Made by a program: the position numbers and the translations under genes
Shown here: piece after piece, positions 37,369 to 51,091 of the stretch
Position numbering within the stretch: the stretch's first letter is position 1
How the letters are laid out: every line of letters starts with the position of its first letter
Assembly: GCA_951406725.2 (NCBI GenBank)
Contig: OX597819.1
Coordinates: 28,892,001 to 28,956,000, forward strand
Reading direction: 5' to 3'
Source: Octopus vulgaris
Taxonomy: Eukaryota
DNA: 64,000 nucleotides
Notes under the pieces: model-generated
What the model was told of the DNA's origin: nothing
Seen by the model: the letters and a program-made list of their open reading frames with translations, nothing else
Databases searched by the model: none

Positions 37369-38437
37369 CTAAACAGTGTCAAGTTTGCTATCTATAAGTA
37401 GAACATGGATAGAGTGGAGGGAACACCAGAAGCCAATGTTCTTGGTAGAAAGAATTGGGTATAGTGGTTAGATTGGGATTAATGACATGGAGATGACATG
37501 AGACCAGCCAGCACCATGGAACAAGGGTGGCTATAGTAGTAGTTGTAGAAAAAAACAGAGTAAAAAGTCTACATGTCTATGGTCCAGAGTATGGTATTAA
37601 GTGAATGAGAAATGATATTTCTTAGACAAACGTTCGATCTATATTGCAGGTATTGCAGGTAACTTTTCCAAATGATTTGATATCTCTTCTCAGCAGCTAA
37701 GTGGAGTGAGGCAGATAGCAATAAGTATTACTATCCTAATACACAATAGGTTCTCCACAGTGAATTAGATTGCAAAAAGCAATGAGCTGATGGCTCCATA
37801 TCATATTTACTTTTCTGATTTATCAGTCCTTGCTACACATGTGATTTTTATGCATTCCAATACAAAGATTAAAAAACTATTTCATATTCTCCAAAATAAG
37901 CTGTTGGGGTGGAGGAGGAAGACAAAAGAAAATCAAATATATTTTTATATTTTTGTTTTGTGTTCATTATCAAAACAAAATAAGTCGAGATTTACTTTTG
38001 TGATAAATTATTAATTATGAAAACAATCAAGTACATAAAAAAGAAAATAAATTACTTTCTGTTTATTAGTATAAAACATTTCTTAGTTATATTCAGTACT
38101 GTATCAATAATGCACTCAGTGCACCATGAAGTAATATATCTACAATCTACCAATTACACTACTCTTTGGTATTCTATCTAAAACAGTTGTGAAGATATGG
38201 TTTGTTACATTATTTGTGTAAACAGTTACAAAGAAATATATTTTGTTTAATATGTCGTGGATTTAAGTGCACAACAGTTCGAAAATATGTTGAAAACAGA
38301 GTATTATGATTTACCGATGTTATCTAGATATGCTGTGTTTAGCATTGATGTGGTCAAGACTTTAAAAAGTTATAGCCATGTACAAGCATGCAAAATACAT
38401 GCGACAACATTAGATAGATAGATAGATAGATACAAAA

Positions 38438-38668
38438 GGCGGTGAGCTGGCAGAAACGTTAGCACATCGGGCGAAATGCTTAGCGGTATTTCGTCTGCCG
38501 TTACGTTGTGAGTTCAAATTCCGCCAAGGTCGACTTTACCTTTCATCCTTTCGGGGTCGATAAATTAAGTACCAGTTACGCACTGGGGTCGATTTAATCG
38601 ACTTAATACCTATGTCTGTCCTTGTTTGTCCCTTCTATGTTTAGCCCCTTGTGGGTAATAAAGAAATG
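38438..38668 (+). mobile_element. SINE family B inserted in (GATA)n
   Basis: Full head and core, flanked by (GATA)n and (GA)n. Confidence 0.88.
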
Positions 38669-38761
<93 letters not shown>

Positions 38762-38859
38762 AATACAGTGGGCAGATGTTGGCGGATATAGCTACACACT
38801 AATGATAGAACAAAAACTCTAACTATAACATTACTTTAACAATCAGAGATAAATTATGT

Positions 38860-40094
38860 TAGTCATTACATCTTTGTAGCTTTTGAATTCCCTTTGTAAT
38901 TCTGCAGCTCTTACATGGTGGTATTATACATCTAATTAAGTTGCAGTGAGGATTAGCATGATTTAGTAATGTCAGCAGTGTGGGAGGAGCTGGAGAAATT
39001 GATGATTTTGACCTGTTAGAAGCATTATTATAAGAAAGCATATGATCAAACAACAGTTCTACAGGAGATAGAGAAGCGGCTGCTGTTGACCCATTATGAT
39101 CAGCTGATGTGTTAAAGGAAAAGTATTTTGAAGCTAACAGCTTTTTCATTTCATGTTTAATTCAGGTTGTGCTTATGTGGAAATCTCATTATATTGTTCT
39201 TGTAATGAACCATTTGTCCAATGTTGTAGAAAGAGTTTACTGCTACTGTTAACTGTCTGCTTAGTAATTTCTCCACTGGAGATAACTTGCATGCACCAGA
39301 TGCACTACTATAGTTAAAAACACCCTTTAGCAAATACTCATCAAACTTTCCAGTTGACAGACTGTAAAAAATTACTGCAAATTCGATTCTGTTTGTACAG
39401 CACTCTCTCTGCTGCACCATTAGAATTTGGAGTGTACAATTCTTTATTCTTGTGCAACAAATTCAATTTAAGCAGTGATTTAATTGCATGAATTCTGGTT
39501 TATTGTTCTAATACCATTGATACACGAATGTCAAATCTAAAGAAAATGGTAAACAGATATTTCTTTACATTTCCAAGCTCCTACTAGAACATAAAAAAAA
39601 AGCTGCAACCTCAGTAGAGGCTGAATCACTTATTATCAATGCATTTCCCAACACTTTGTATATATATACCCAGTCCAAATATAATGTTGCCACAGGTTAT
39701 AATTAAGTCATTTAATAGTATAAGGGATACTTTTGAATCTAACTGCAACATACAACCTACACAGTCTGGCATACATTTTTGTATCTCTATCGAAATTTGG
39801 CCACCAAACATGAGTGCTTACTTTCTTCAGTGTTTATTGTACATTCATGTATGTATCATGAATTGCATAAAGAATTTTTGCCGGATAAGGGGCACTTGTT
39901 ATGCCATTACAAATAAGGTTGTTCTCTATGGTCTGTTTACAAAAATGTCAAACAAATTATCATTCTAAAAGAGTTGGTTTAAACTAACCTTTCTCATCAA
40001 TATAATTCTTTAAGCAAACATCAATAGTACAAATGTTAAGATGATACATTTATACTGTTAACAGTCTAAACATCAGCAAGAATTAGTTCATCAT
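38860..40094 (-). pseudogene. Fossil Ty3/Gypsy pol, integrase part
   Basis: ILYAIHDTY...TLKKVSTHVWWPNFDRD...CVGC (H2C2 zinc finger), YTPNSNGAAER-AVQT (rve) and FNYSS...LSPVEKLLSRQL. Confidence 0.8.
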
Positions 40095-40096
40095 TA

Positions 40097-41221
40097 TGAG
40101 GTTGAGCTGAAAAAGTTCATAGGCTGACAATGAAGGAGTGATGCTAGAGCTGTGAACTCTTGCATGCATTAATTTCAACTCTTCTTATTAATAACTGCAT
40201 TGTTTCTTTCCAAGTAAACTGATGCCTGACTGTTCAAAGAAGACTTCAAAAGTAATTAGTATCAACTCCTCTTGAAAATGGACAAAATTTGGCATTTTGG
40301 TGTTATCAAGTACCTTCAGAAAAAGGGATTAAGCTCCCAACAACTTTGATGCTGGTGTTGTTGCAACATTAGAGGGTGATGATCCAGCTTTAACAACAAT
40401 GCAAAAGTGGGCAGCTGAATTTAGGAGAGGAAAGGAGAGTTTTGAAAATGACCCAAAGGTCTGGACATCCTGCAGCTGCCATCAGCAAGGAAAACATTGA
40501 TCATGTTCATTACATGCTGAAGGATGACAGGCAACTGACTACAAATCATCTAGCCAATGCTATTAGCATATTCTGTGAGAGAGTTGAGAATATTCTGCAC
40601 AATGAAGTTGGCATGATGAAGGTAGGTTTGAGGCAAATCCAGCAGGTTTCCTCAAATATTTCCTAACCAAGGATGAGTGTTAGGGCCATCACTTTGAACC
40701 AGAGACAAAGAGACAATCCTTGCAGTGGAAACACCCCTCTTCACCCACTCCAAAGAAGGCCAAGGTTATTTCATTTTCAGGGAAGATGAAGGCCTCAGTT
40801 TTTTGGGATGCAGAAGGCATTGTGCTTATTACTCTCTTTGAAAGGGTCAAATCATCAATGGAGAGTATTATGCCAACTTATTGAAGCAGTTATGAAAGAC
40901 TGTCAAGACCAAATGACCAGGAAAACTGACAAAAGGGGTCTTGTTTCATCAGGACAATACTCCAGTGCATAAGTCTGGTTGATCACCCTGCCTATTCTCC
41001 TGATTTGGTCCCCATCTGATTATAATCTGTTCCCCAACATAAAACAACACTTGGCTTGGTACCAGTATTGCAGTGATGATTATGTCATATCTGCTGTTGA
41101 TGACTTTTTTGACCAACAGGATGAAAGCTTCTTCATTAATTGGGTATAAGCCCTGGAATAACAATGATAACATTCCATGAGAGTATCTTGGTCAGCCTAT
41201 GAACTTTTCAGCCGACCCTCA
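40097..41221 (+). mobile_element. Near full-length decayed mariner element
   Basis: TIRs tgagg..g.ctgaaaagttcataggctgac at both ends with TA TSD. QKWAAEFRRG, HHFEPETKRQSLQWK, MASVFWD-like, HQDNTPVH and PAYSPDL motifs. Confidence 0.9.
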
Positions 41222-41223
41222 TA

Positions 41224-42200
41224 TCTGTCAGAATGGTATACATTTTTAAAGGACACAATATCAGTCATAACAAACACCAAATTTATAACTTCTGCTTCTA
41301 GATCATTTTTAACTGTGAAAATTTTTCATAAAGAATAATGAACAATGCTTTTTTGTTAAAAACTTTCAACTGGTCTGAGATAAGTCTTTCTATGAATATC
41401 ATTAATTTTTTTCAACAGCATGTTAAATCTTCAAATGTACAATCTTGAATTCTCATAGGATATTGCACAGCTTTCAGTTCGAGGATAACATTGATGCCTC
41501 ATAATATAAAGAATTTTGGCTGAACCATTTCAGCCTTAGCACTGACTATCTATAAGCAGTTTTGAGCCAAACTGTATCAGCCATGTCTATATTTTCAAGG
41601 TTAAAGAGTTTACCAGAGTCCATTTCAGTGTTGTTAGTTGTTTACGAAAGTTGTAAATCTTTGCCACTAATTTTTGTGCTAATGATATTTATGTTAAGTC
41701 CACAACAAGTCCAAAACTATGGATATTTGTTATAAATGAGTATTGTTGTTAACCAACATTATTGTCAGGGCACACAATGGAACTATATTTAACATCATAC
41801 TGATTCTCACTTTAAATAGTTCTCGCCATGTGCAAGCATGGAACATGCATGCAACATCATAAACAATAATATCATAAACCTGTTGGATGATTACAATATG
41901 TAGACCTAAACTAGTTACATTTACATATTAACAAATAGAATATTCAAAATATAACCAATTTCCTTCATTAACTTAAGATTTAATAATTATTGAAAATCTT
42001 TCCTGAATCAAAAGATCACAGCTGATAATTCATGTTCTATAAGATGGCTATTTGATGAGAAATCATACGAATAAATATTACATTTTTGCTTTGTCAATAT
42101 CTATACTATAACAAATACTATAAAATGTACCACTTTTATAGCTCTTACAGATAACAACGTGGAGCTGAAATTTTTCAAGCTTCTTAGATGTTTAAAATGG
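41224..42200 (-). pseudogene. Fossil Ty3/Gypsy pol, RT and RNase H part
   Basis: Motifs in the expected order: NFSSTLLSV/KSGTF..IC, VYDIIVY...H (YxDDIIV), NIHSFGLV (SFLGL), FIL.EAS...LKAV (DAS..GAV), KKALFII and KIFTVKND. Contiguous with the integrase across the mariner. Confidence 0.6.
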
Positions 42201-43189
42201 GTATTGGAAGTGGATAAGATGACACTTGAACTGAAGTTGAAAGCAGATCCTAAGAATAAATAGGTTTCTCTAGTGGATTTAATTCAGTTATATTTCAGAT
42301 TAATGTTTCTGACTGTGGATTTTTAAACACAACTGCTGTAGGATATTTAGAGGTGATGCTTAGAAATGCTCAAATACAGCATAGATATATCTTTTGTATA
42401 TTCAATAAGATTTTTATACATGTTATACCAGTGTCTGACAGAATCTTCTCTTTGCACTTACCTATTTTAAATCATACACAACCTAATGTATTTCCATTCT
42501 TTAATAGTGTTTCCTGAATCTATTCATTTATCCCCACTTTCTTTCTCTCATTCCTTTCTGCCTCTCACATAGTTCAAAAGATGCTACAAAGGGTTAAGAT
42601 GTTTCATGTGTAAAGTTAATCAGTTTTTGACATATTAAAAAAGAAATGTTTAAATTATCCCAAAGGTAGAATTCAAAAGATTATTCAAATTTAAATGGAA
42701 AAAAAGTTCATTTGTAAAAGGGGGAAAAAATGTTCACAAGTAAGAGAAAAAACACACTTTTTCATTCATTTGTTCATGTTAACAATTAGTCAAGTAGCTC
42801 TGTAACTTCACATATTTATGCAAATCATTGAATCAGTTGACCTAAATGTGCTGAATTTGTTCAACTTGTCACAATATATATATATTTTTTTTTGACTGGT
42901 TAGAAAAGCAAAAAATTTTTTCCTCGAATTTATTCTTGGCTTGAAAATACTTTAGCTTCATCTTAACAAGACTCCAAAAATTTCAAGATGCATCTGATGA
43001 TGCTGTTAGCAGACTTGAACTAATGATCAGATCTTAGAAAACATCAATGAAAATGACAAAATATCTTCCGATTGTTGTCATAATCAGAGTGAGTAAAAGA
43101 TTTTCAATAGTCAAAGGATAATGGATAAAATGATTTCCAGCAAAACAAAAAGAGCTTCTTTTAATCAACACTAAAAGATATTACTAAGA

Positions 43190-44420
43190 GAGAAATAATT
43201 CTTACCAAGGCCGAAATTTTGCTATACTTGACATTTGTCATCTTGGAGAAAGCCTTCCATGAGGTCCCTTTCCCTTTGATCAGGTGGTCGCTGTGCAAAT
43301 TAGAAGTAGATGAATGGCTTGTGGAAGCCATTCAAGCCATGTGCACTGTGTTGTCAGTTAAGTGAGAGCAACAAGTACAGCAATAGATTTAGTGTGCACA
43401 GGTAGCTCACCAGGGCTCGGTTATCAGTCCCTACCCTATTTGATGACAGTCCTCCAAGCCATAACAGTGGAATTTAAGACTGGTTACCCATGGGAACTTC
43501 TCTATGTTGATGACTTTGTTTTTATAGCTGAAACTGCAGTAGAATTTAAAAAGAAATTTTAAGTGTGGAAGCAAAACTTGGAATAAAAGGGCCTTGAAGT
43601 TAACCTAAGAAAAACCAAAGTTTCACTAAGCAAGAAAACAGATAGTAAACTATGGGTCTGTTTGGTGTGTAGGATATGTATAGGTTGAAATTCCCTACAA
43701 TGCACTCAGTGCAAGCTATGAACACTCAAGAAGTGCAGTGGAATCATAGGAAGATAAACAGAGGAAGTATACTTGTGGCAGATACATAGGAATAATAAAC
43801 ACAAAGAATAAACAGGAAATATATTTTCTTGCATGCACTGGAAGATCCTTAGAGGTAATAGGTAGTTTCTGTTTGTTATCAGGGAAACTTACTTAGCAGT
43901 AGCAGTGGATGTTTTGAAAATATAGTTGCTAGAATAAGAACAGGATTGGTAAAGGTCAGAAAGTTATTATCTCTGTTGGTAATAGAAGCTTCTCTCTCAA
44001 AGAGAAAAACAGAAAGTATGATGTTAGTGTATGAACACAAATGCTACATGGTTGTGAAACTTGAACTATAAATGCAGGAGATATGAAAAGACTAGAAAGA
44101 AATTCAGCTGGTATGCTTCGCTGGATGTGCAAATGTGTTCAGAGAAAAATTGGGCATAAGATCCATCAGATGAGGTGAGCAAGAGAGAAGACTGTGCTGG
44201 AATGGTTATGTGATGCAAATTGATAATGACAGCTGCATAAAGAAGTGTTGCTTGTTTAACATCGATGAAACTTGTGTAAGAGTGAGATCCAGTAAAATGT
44301 GGCATGAAAAAGTGAAGACCAGCCTAATGATGTTAAACCTCACAGAGACCATAAAGAACTCAGATGATTGGCAGTATGCTGTACTTGTAAAGACCCATCC
44401 CTCTCAGCAAAACGAGGTCC
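43190..44420 (+). pseudogene. Decayed RTE LINE ORF2 fragment
   Basis: LEKAFHEVP and EFKTGYPWELLYVDDFVFIAE motifs, a Cys-rich insert and MLHGCET. Confidence 0.8.
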
Positions 44421-44502
44421 TGGCAAACATTCTCTTGAAATTGATCTAGTAACATCTGTCTCACAATCACTCTTCTAATTGTGGCACTATTCACTTAGAG
44501 TG

Positions 44503-44760
44503 AAAGCACGTGGCTTAGTGGTTAGGAGTGCTGGACTCATGATTGTAAGATTGTGGTTTCAATTCCTGAACTAGGCCACATGTTGTGTTCTTGAGCAAAA
44601 CACTTCATTTCATGTTGCTCCAGTCCACTCAGCTGGCAAAAATTAGTAATCCTATGATGGACCGTTACCCCATCCAGGAAGGGAATATATATGCCATAAA
44701 ACCAGGAAATCGGAACTCATGAATCAATATGACTTGAGAAGATAACTTTACCTTTACTTT
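44503..44760 (+). mobile_element. SINE family C-related, diverged
   Basis: cgtggcttagtggttagg head, ttgctccagtccactcagctggcaaa core and (ACCTTT)n-like tail. Confidence 0.7.
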
Positions 44761-45234
44761 ACTACGTATCAAGGTGTTGTAAATGATACTTTTTTTCTAC
44801 CTACACTTCACATTGTCCTCCTATTACTGTCACTTATCTCCTCCAGAGACTGAGAACTGAACCCTGGTGAACTCAAACTTGTATGTTAAATGCATTGCTA
44901 TACTCATTGCTAACTCTCATCTTAATGACAGCGCACTGTGCATTGCTTGTCTGGCTTTCATAAACCATTTTTCTACCCCTAGCTTCTTCAGGAATCATAA
45001 TATTACCAAATTAGAGACCTTGTGAAACGCTTTCCCTGGGTTGATAATGCCAAGTGTGTGCATGTGTGTGTGTGTATAATTGTGTATGCCATCATACTTG
45101 GCATTATGTGTGGTAAGATGTTTGCTTCCTGACAATGAGATTACGGGATCAGTCCTACTGTGTGACACCTTGGGAAAATGTCTTCTACTGTAGTCTTGAG
45201 CTGAGTAAAGCCTTCTGAATAGATTTTTGTAGAC

Positions 45235-45823
45235 AGAAACTGAAAAAAGAGTGAAAAAAACTGAAGGCAGCGAGCTGGTTAAGGCAGTGAGCTGGCAGAA
45301 TTGTTAGCACACTGGGCGAAATGTGTAGCTGTATTTCGTCTGCCATTACGTTCTGAGTTCAAATTCCACCGAGACCGACTTTGGCTTTCATCTTTTCAGG
45401 GTCGATAAATTAAGTACCAGCTACGCATTGGGGTCGATGTAATCGACTTAATCCGTTTGTCTGTCCTTGTTTGTCCCCTCTATGTTTAGCCCCTTCAGGC
45501 CAGTAAAGAAATAAGAAACTGAAAAAAGAGTGAAAAAAAACTGAAGGCGGTGAGTTGGTTAAGGCAGTGAGCTGGCAGAACCATTAGCACGCCGGGCGAA
45601 ATGTGTAGCTGTATTTTGTCTGCCGTTACGTTCTGAGTTCAAATTCCACCGAGGTCGACTTTGGCTTTCATCTTTTCAGGGTCGATAAATTAAGTACCAG
45701 TTATGCATTGGGATTGATGTAATCGACTTAATCTGTTTGTCTGTCCTTGTTTGTCTGTCCTTGTTTGTCCCCTCTATGTTTAGCCCCTTCAGGCCAGTAA
45801 AGAAATAAGAAACTGAAAAAAGA
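45235..45823 (+). repeat. Tandem duplication of a family B SINE inside a family A SINE
   Basis: Units 45235-45513 and 45514-45807, bounded by three copies of agaaactgaaaaaaga. Confidence 0.85.
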
Positions 45824-45842
45824 CAGTCACATATATATATAT

Positions 45843-47249
45843 ATTGTAGAACCTCGCAATACAAGCATTCCATTGTATGAGTAATTTGCTGTATGAGCTG
45901 AGACTCATGTAAATCTTTGTCTTGGAGTACCAGGAAAAATCTGCAGTACAAGTGAGTTTCATACAAGCGACCGCTAATTATCACTGAGCGGTCGAACAAT
46001 GATGATGATGATGATGTCACTGAGCTCATGCATGCTCTCACAAGTATGGTCTCCACTCACTCAGTTCACCTGTTTATCTTGCTGTGGGCAGTATCACTGT
46101 TGTGTTTTTCCCAGTGTTTTTACTCTCTTTTACTCTTTCACTTGTTTCAGTCATTTGACTGCGGCCATGCTGGAGCACCGCCTTTAGTTGAGCAACTCGA
46201 CCCCAGGACTTATTCTTTTGTAAGCCCAGTACTTATTCTATCGGTCTCTTTTGCCAAACCACTAAGTGATGGGGACGTAAACACACCAGCATCAGTTGTC
46301 AAGCAATGCTCGGGGGACAAACACAGACACACAAACATATACACACACATACATATATATATATATACATATATACGACAGGCTTCTTTCAGTTTCCGTC
46401 TACCAAATCCACTCACAAGGCATTGGTCGGCCCGGGGCTCTAGCAGAAGACACTTGCCCAAGATGCCACGCAGAGGGACTGAACCCAGAACCATGTGGTT
46501 GGTTAGCAAGCTACTTACCACACAGCCACTCCTGTTTAGTTTTGTGCATTTTTTGCTATCATTTTATAATAATTAGTTGTGTTAGCCATGGGTCCTAAGA
46601 AAGTTAGTGCAAAAGATGGTGCTGAGAAGAAGAAATGTTATCTCTATGAGTGACATTAAGGCAGTGTTGGTGAAGTGGCTGTATGTTTCTGAATTTGTAG
46701 AATATCATCCTGAAAATGTATCTAGAGGTCATGCAGCTGCTTTATTTAATGACTCTGCTCTGGTGCATTTTCGTAACGTTTTGAAAGGCAAGAAAAAACA
46801 GACTTTTTCTTGATATGTTTCTAATGAAACGATCTGCAAGTGTAGAAAGTGAAGAAAGTGTGTCCAAAAAGCCTAAATTTAGCCAAGTGAGGGAGAAAAC
46901 ATCAGAAATTGTTCTTCCCAAAGTCTTAATAGAAGGAGAATCTCCTTCCAAACAGAAGTTCTCCTCCTCCTCCCGACTCCATCGTCTTCCTCGTGCACAA
47001 ATTGTCCCATCTTCAAGGTGATTCAGTTTTCTCTTTTTTTATAATTGTCATTTTACTTGTGACTACATCTTTTCTGCTTTAAAACCAATAAAAATTTATT
47101 TTTGAGTGGGTTAGGGGAGCTGGAACAGATTAATTATATTTTAGTTAATTTCAATGGGTAAGATTGATTTGTAAAATGAGTAAATTGTAAGATGAGCTAG
47201 GTGGTGGAATGACTTAAACAATTAAACTTGTACTGTGTGGTAGCACTGT
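45843..47249 (+). mobile_element. Internally deleted Tigger-like element with nested SINE
   Basis: MGPKKVSAKDGAEKKK N-terminus fused to a C-terminal FNDSALVHFRNVLKGKKKQT. Degenerate TIRs gtagaacctcgcaatacaag and cttgtactgtgtggtagcactg. Confidence 0.7.
46120..46533 (-). mobile_element. SINE family A, full length and young
   Basis: Near-identical to 28984-29372. Confidence 0.92.
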
Positions 47250-47260
47250 GTGTGTATATA

Positions 47261-47314
<54 letters not shown>

Positions 47315-47315
47315 A

Positions 47316-47355
<40 letters not shown>

Positions 47356-47361
<6 letters not shown>

Positions 47362-49580
47362 ATGCACGACAGAGTGTAAGCACCCTGAGAGAAATGCTAG
47401 GCATAAGAAGCATCAGATGCGGTGTGCAAGAGCGACGCTTGCGATGGTATGGTCATGTACTGCGGATGGATGAGGAGAGATGTGTGAAGAAGTGCCACTC
47501 CCGAACAGTTGAAGGAATCAGGGGGAGAGGTAGACCCAGGAAGACATGGGATGAGGTAGTCAGAGCGTTGGGCCTCACTGAGGCAATGGCGAAGGACCGA
47601 GATCTCTGGAGATGTGCTGTGACTACTAAGACCCGGGATGCTTCCGGCACCAGTTCTGCATACTCCCTGCCCATCCAAAGTACCTTGGATCCCGGAACAT
47701 CTCACTGTGCTTGAGGAGACCTGTTGAGTCAAGTGCATATACATGAACATCGAACCAAATATCAATGGAAACAGTAGCTGTGATACCTGTGCTGGTGACG
47801 CATAAAAGGCACCATCCGAACGTGGCCGTTGCCAGTGCAGCCTCGACTGTTTTCTGTGCCGGTGCCACACAAAAAGCACCATCCGAACGTGGACCGATGC
47901 CAACCCCACCTCGAATGGCTTCTGTGCCAGTGGCACATAAAAAGCACCATCCGAACGTGGCCGATGCCAGCACCGCCTCGACTGGCTTCTGTGCCGGTGG
48001 CACATAAAAAGCACCAACCGATCGTAGGATCCCGGAACATCTCGCTGTGCTTGAGGAGACCTGTTGAATCAAGTGCATATACATGAACATCGAACCAAAT
48101 ATCAATGGAAACAGTAGCTGTGATACCTGTGCTGGTGACGCATAAAAAGCACCATCCGAACGTGGCCGTTGCCAGTGCAGCCTCGACTGGCTTCTGTGCC
48201 GGTGGCACACAAAAAGCACCATCTGAACGTGGACCGATGCCAACCCCGCCTCGAATGGCTTCTGTGCCAGTGGCACATAAAAAGGACCATCCGAACGTGG
48301 CTGATGCCAGCATCGCCCCGACTGGCTTCTGTGCCGGTGGCACATAAAAAGCACCATCCGAATGTGGCCGATGCCAGCACCGCCTCGACTGGCTTCTGTG
48401 CCGGTGGCACATAAAAAGCACCAACCGATTGTAGGATCCCGGAACATCTCGCTGTGCTTGAGGAGACCTGTTGAGTCAAGTGCATATACATGAACATCGA
48501 ACCAAATATCAATGGAAACAGTAGTTGTGATACCTGTGCCGGTGACACATAAAAAGCACCATCCAAACGTGGCCGTTGCCAGTGAACATCGAACCAAATA
48601 TCAATGGAAACAGTAGTTGTGATACCTGTGCCGGTGACACATAAAAAGCACCATCCGAACGTGGCTGTTGCCAGTGCAGCCTCCACTGGCTTCTGTGCCG
48701 GTGGCACATAAAAAGCACCATCCGAACGTGACCAATGCCAACCCCGCCTCGAATGGCTTCTGTGCCGGTGGCACATGAACATCGAACCAAATATCAATGG
48801 AAACAGTAGTTGTGATACCTGTGCCGGTGACACATGAAAAGCACCGTCCGAACGTGGCCATTGCCAGTGCAGCCTCCACTGGCTTCTGTGCCGGTGGCAC
48901 ATAAAAAGCACCATCCGAACGTGACCGATGCCAACCCCGCCTCGAATGGTTTCTGTGCCAGTGGCACATAAAAAACACCATCCGAGCTTGGCCGACGCCA
49001 GCACCGCCCCGACTGGCTTCTGTGCCGGTGGCACATAAAAAGCACCAACCGATCGTGGGATCCCGGAACATCTCGCTGTGCTTGAGGAGACCTGTTGAGT
49101 CAAGTGCATATACATGAACATCGAACCAAATATCAATGGAAACAGTAGTTGTGATACCTGTGCCGGTGACACATAAAAAGCACCATCCAAACGTGGCCGT
49201 TGCCAGTGAACATCGAACCAAATATCAATGGAAACAGTAGTTGTGATACCTGTGCCGGTGACACATAAAAAGCACCATCCGAACGTGGCTGTTGCCAGTG
49301 CAGCCTCCACTGGCTTCTGTGCCGGTGGCACATAAAAAGCACCAACCGATCGTGGCCGATGCCAGACCCCGCTCTGGCATGGCTTCTGTGCAGGTGGCAC
49401 ATGAAACAGCACCCTCTACACTTGCGGAGTGGTTGGCGGATAGGAAGGGCATCCAGCTGTAGAAACACCGCCAGATCAGACTGGCCATTGCCTGGGGCAG
49501 CCCCTGGCTCCCCAGACCCCGGTCGAACCCTCCAACCCGTGCTAGCGCGGAAAACGGACGTTAAACGATGATGATGATGA

Positions 49581-49585
<5 letters not shown>
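47356..49585 (+). mobile_element. 5'-truncated RTE LINE with a tandemly expanded 3' UTR
   Basis: [22 protein letters not shown]...GRGRPRKTWDEVV ORF2 end, then the array, then ggaaaacggacgttaaac(GAT)n. Confidence 0.88.
47687..49380 (+). repeat. Higher-order tandem array of ~60-bp GC-rich units
   Basis: Unit gtgccggtggcacataaaaagcaccatccgaacgtggccgatgcca...ggcttct. Higher-order starts (ggatcccggaacatctc) at 47687, 48027, 48434 and 49058. Confidence 0.9.
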
Positions 49586-49651
<66 letters not shown>

Positions 49652-49657
<6 letters not shown>

Positions 49658-50070
49658 GGATTGTAGGGTGACCTGCTGTGCTTGAGGTGACCTATTGAGT
49701 CAAGTACATCAACTTCAAAATAAAAATCAAAAGGAAATTGTAGTTGTGATACCCATGCCAGTGGCATGTAAAAAGCACCATCCAAACATGGCCGATGCCA
49801 GCACCGCTTTGACTGGCTTCTGTGCTGGTGGCATGTAAAAAGTACCAACCGATCGTGGCCATTGCCAGCCTCCCCTGGCATCTGTGCTAGTGACATGTAA
49901 AAAGCACCCACTACACTCACAGAGTGGCTGACATTAAGAAGGGCATCCAGCTGTAGAAACACTGCCAAATCAGACTGGAGCCTGGTGCAGCCTCCTGGCT
50001 CCCCAGACCCTGGGCAAACCATCCAACCCATGCTAACATGGAAAACGGGCGTTAAATGATGATGATGATG
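49652..50070 (+). mobile_element. RTE 3' UTR/tail copy
   Basis: Starts taccttggattgtagggtgacc, the same start as at 30604, and ends in (GAT)n. Confidence 0.82.
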
Positions 50071-50409
50071 TGATATGTATATATAGGTATGTATGTATGT
50101 GAGTGTTTGTATATTTGTGTCTCCTTGTCTTCACATTGCGTGATAATTGTAAAATGATAGTCACTGCCATACAAGCAATGTGTCATTCATTCCCAATATT
50201 CTGTAAGAACATGTTTAGTCATGGGGAAACCATTACCTTGTTTGGAAACAGATGAAGGTTTGCAACAGGAAAGGCATCCAGTTGTAGAAAATCTGCTTCA
50301 AACTTTATCTGACCCATGCAAACTTGGAAAAGCGGACATAAAAATGATGATGATGATGATATATGTAGAAGCCATTATGCTTGGTATTGTGACCAATAAA
50401 AGAAATCAT

Positions 50410-50472
<63 letters not shown>

Positions 50473-51091
50473 CAACTTTATTGATTTTTGCCAAAGTTCA
50501 GAGGCCTGTTTCATCATCTATCTGGGATTCAATTCATCTTTATTTTTCCAACACATTAATCTTATTAAATCTAAAGAAGCAAGTTCCCAATGCTTTAAGG
50601 CTTCAATATAGAATTATACCATTCTCTACTCTATAGAATTACATACTGTACCACAAAACTAAAACAAAAACAAAAGAAAAAATCCTCAAACACTGCCTGT
50701 AGTTAGTTGATGGTAGCTGAAATAGAAGTGGGGAATAAAGTTAAATAGTTTGATATGACCTGTGTGAGTCAAAATCAATGATACAACATAAGATAACTGG
50801 AATCAATGACAAGTTCTTAAAAAGAAGCAATTGATACCAATTAAGGATTATAGTATTGCTGTAGAGACAGTTGTAATTGTTGCTATTGACACATTCAGTT
50901 TTATTTTCAATGATTATCAGACCATCCAAGCCAAAATATCAAACATTGAATATAGTATTTCAAATACTTGCTCACAAGCAATATTTTAGAAATATTTAAT
51001 TTTCTGCAATATGTTCAGAGCTTTAAACTAAGTGTTTTATTACATACTCTTTCAATTTCTTGTTTTTCTTTTATGCACATATGAAAGACAA

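Noticed and set aside
41700-42060. KDZ/Zisupton transposase suggested by YDVAC..FH and FGLV motifs
   Set aside because: The same residues fit Gypsy RT (YxDDIIV...H, SFLGL) and are followed in order by RNase H and integrase motifs.
44945-44996. HHR-like CTGAAGA...GAAA on the minus strand
   Set aside because: Lacks the UH cleavage motif and a convincing stem I; too degenerate to call.
47687-49380. CRISPR-like repeat-spacer array
   Set aside because: The intervening segments are themselves repeated, there are no cas genes, and the context is a eukaryotic LINE UTR.
47397-49488. Long minus-strand ORFs (206-436 aa)
   Set aside because: Translations of the ~60-bp tandem array, open in several frames and antisense to an RTE 3' UTR.
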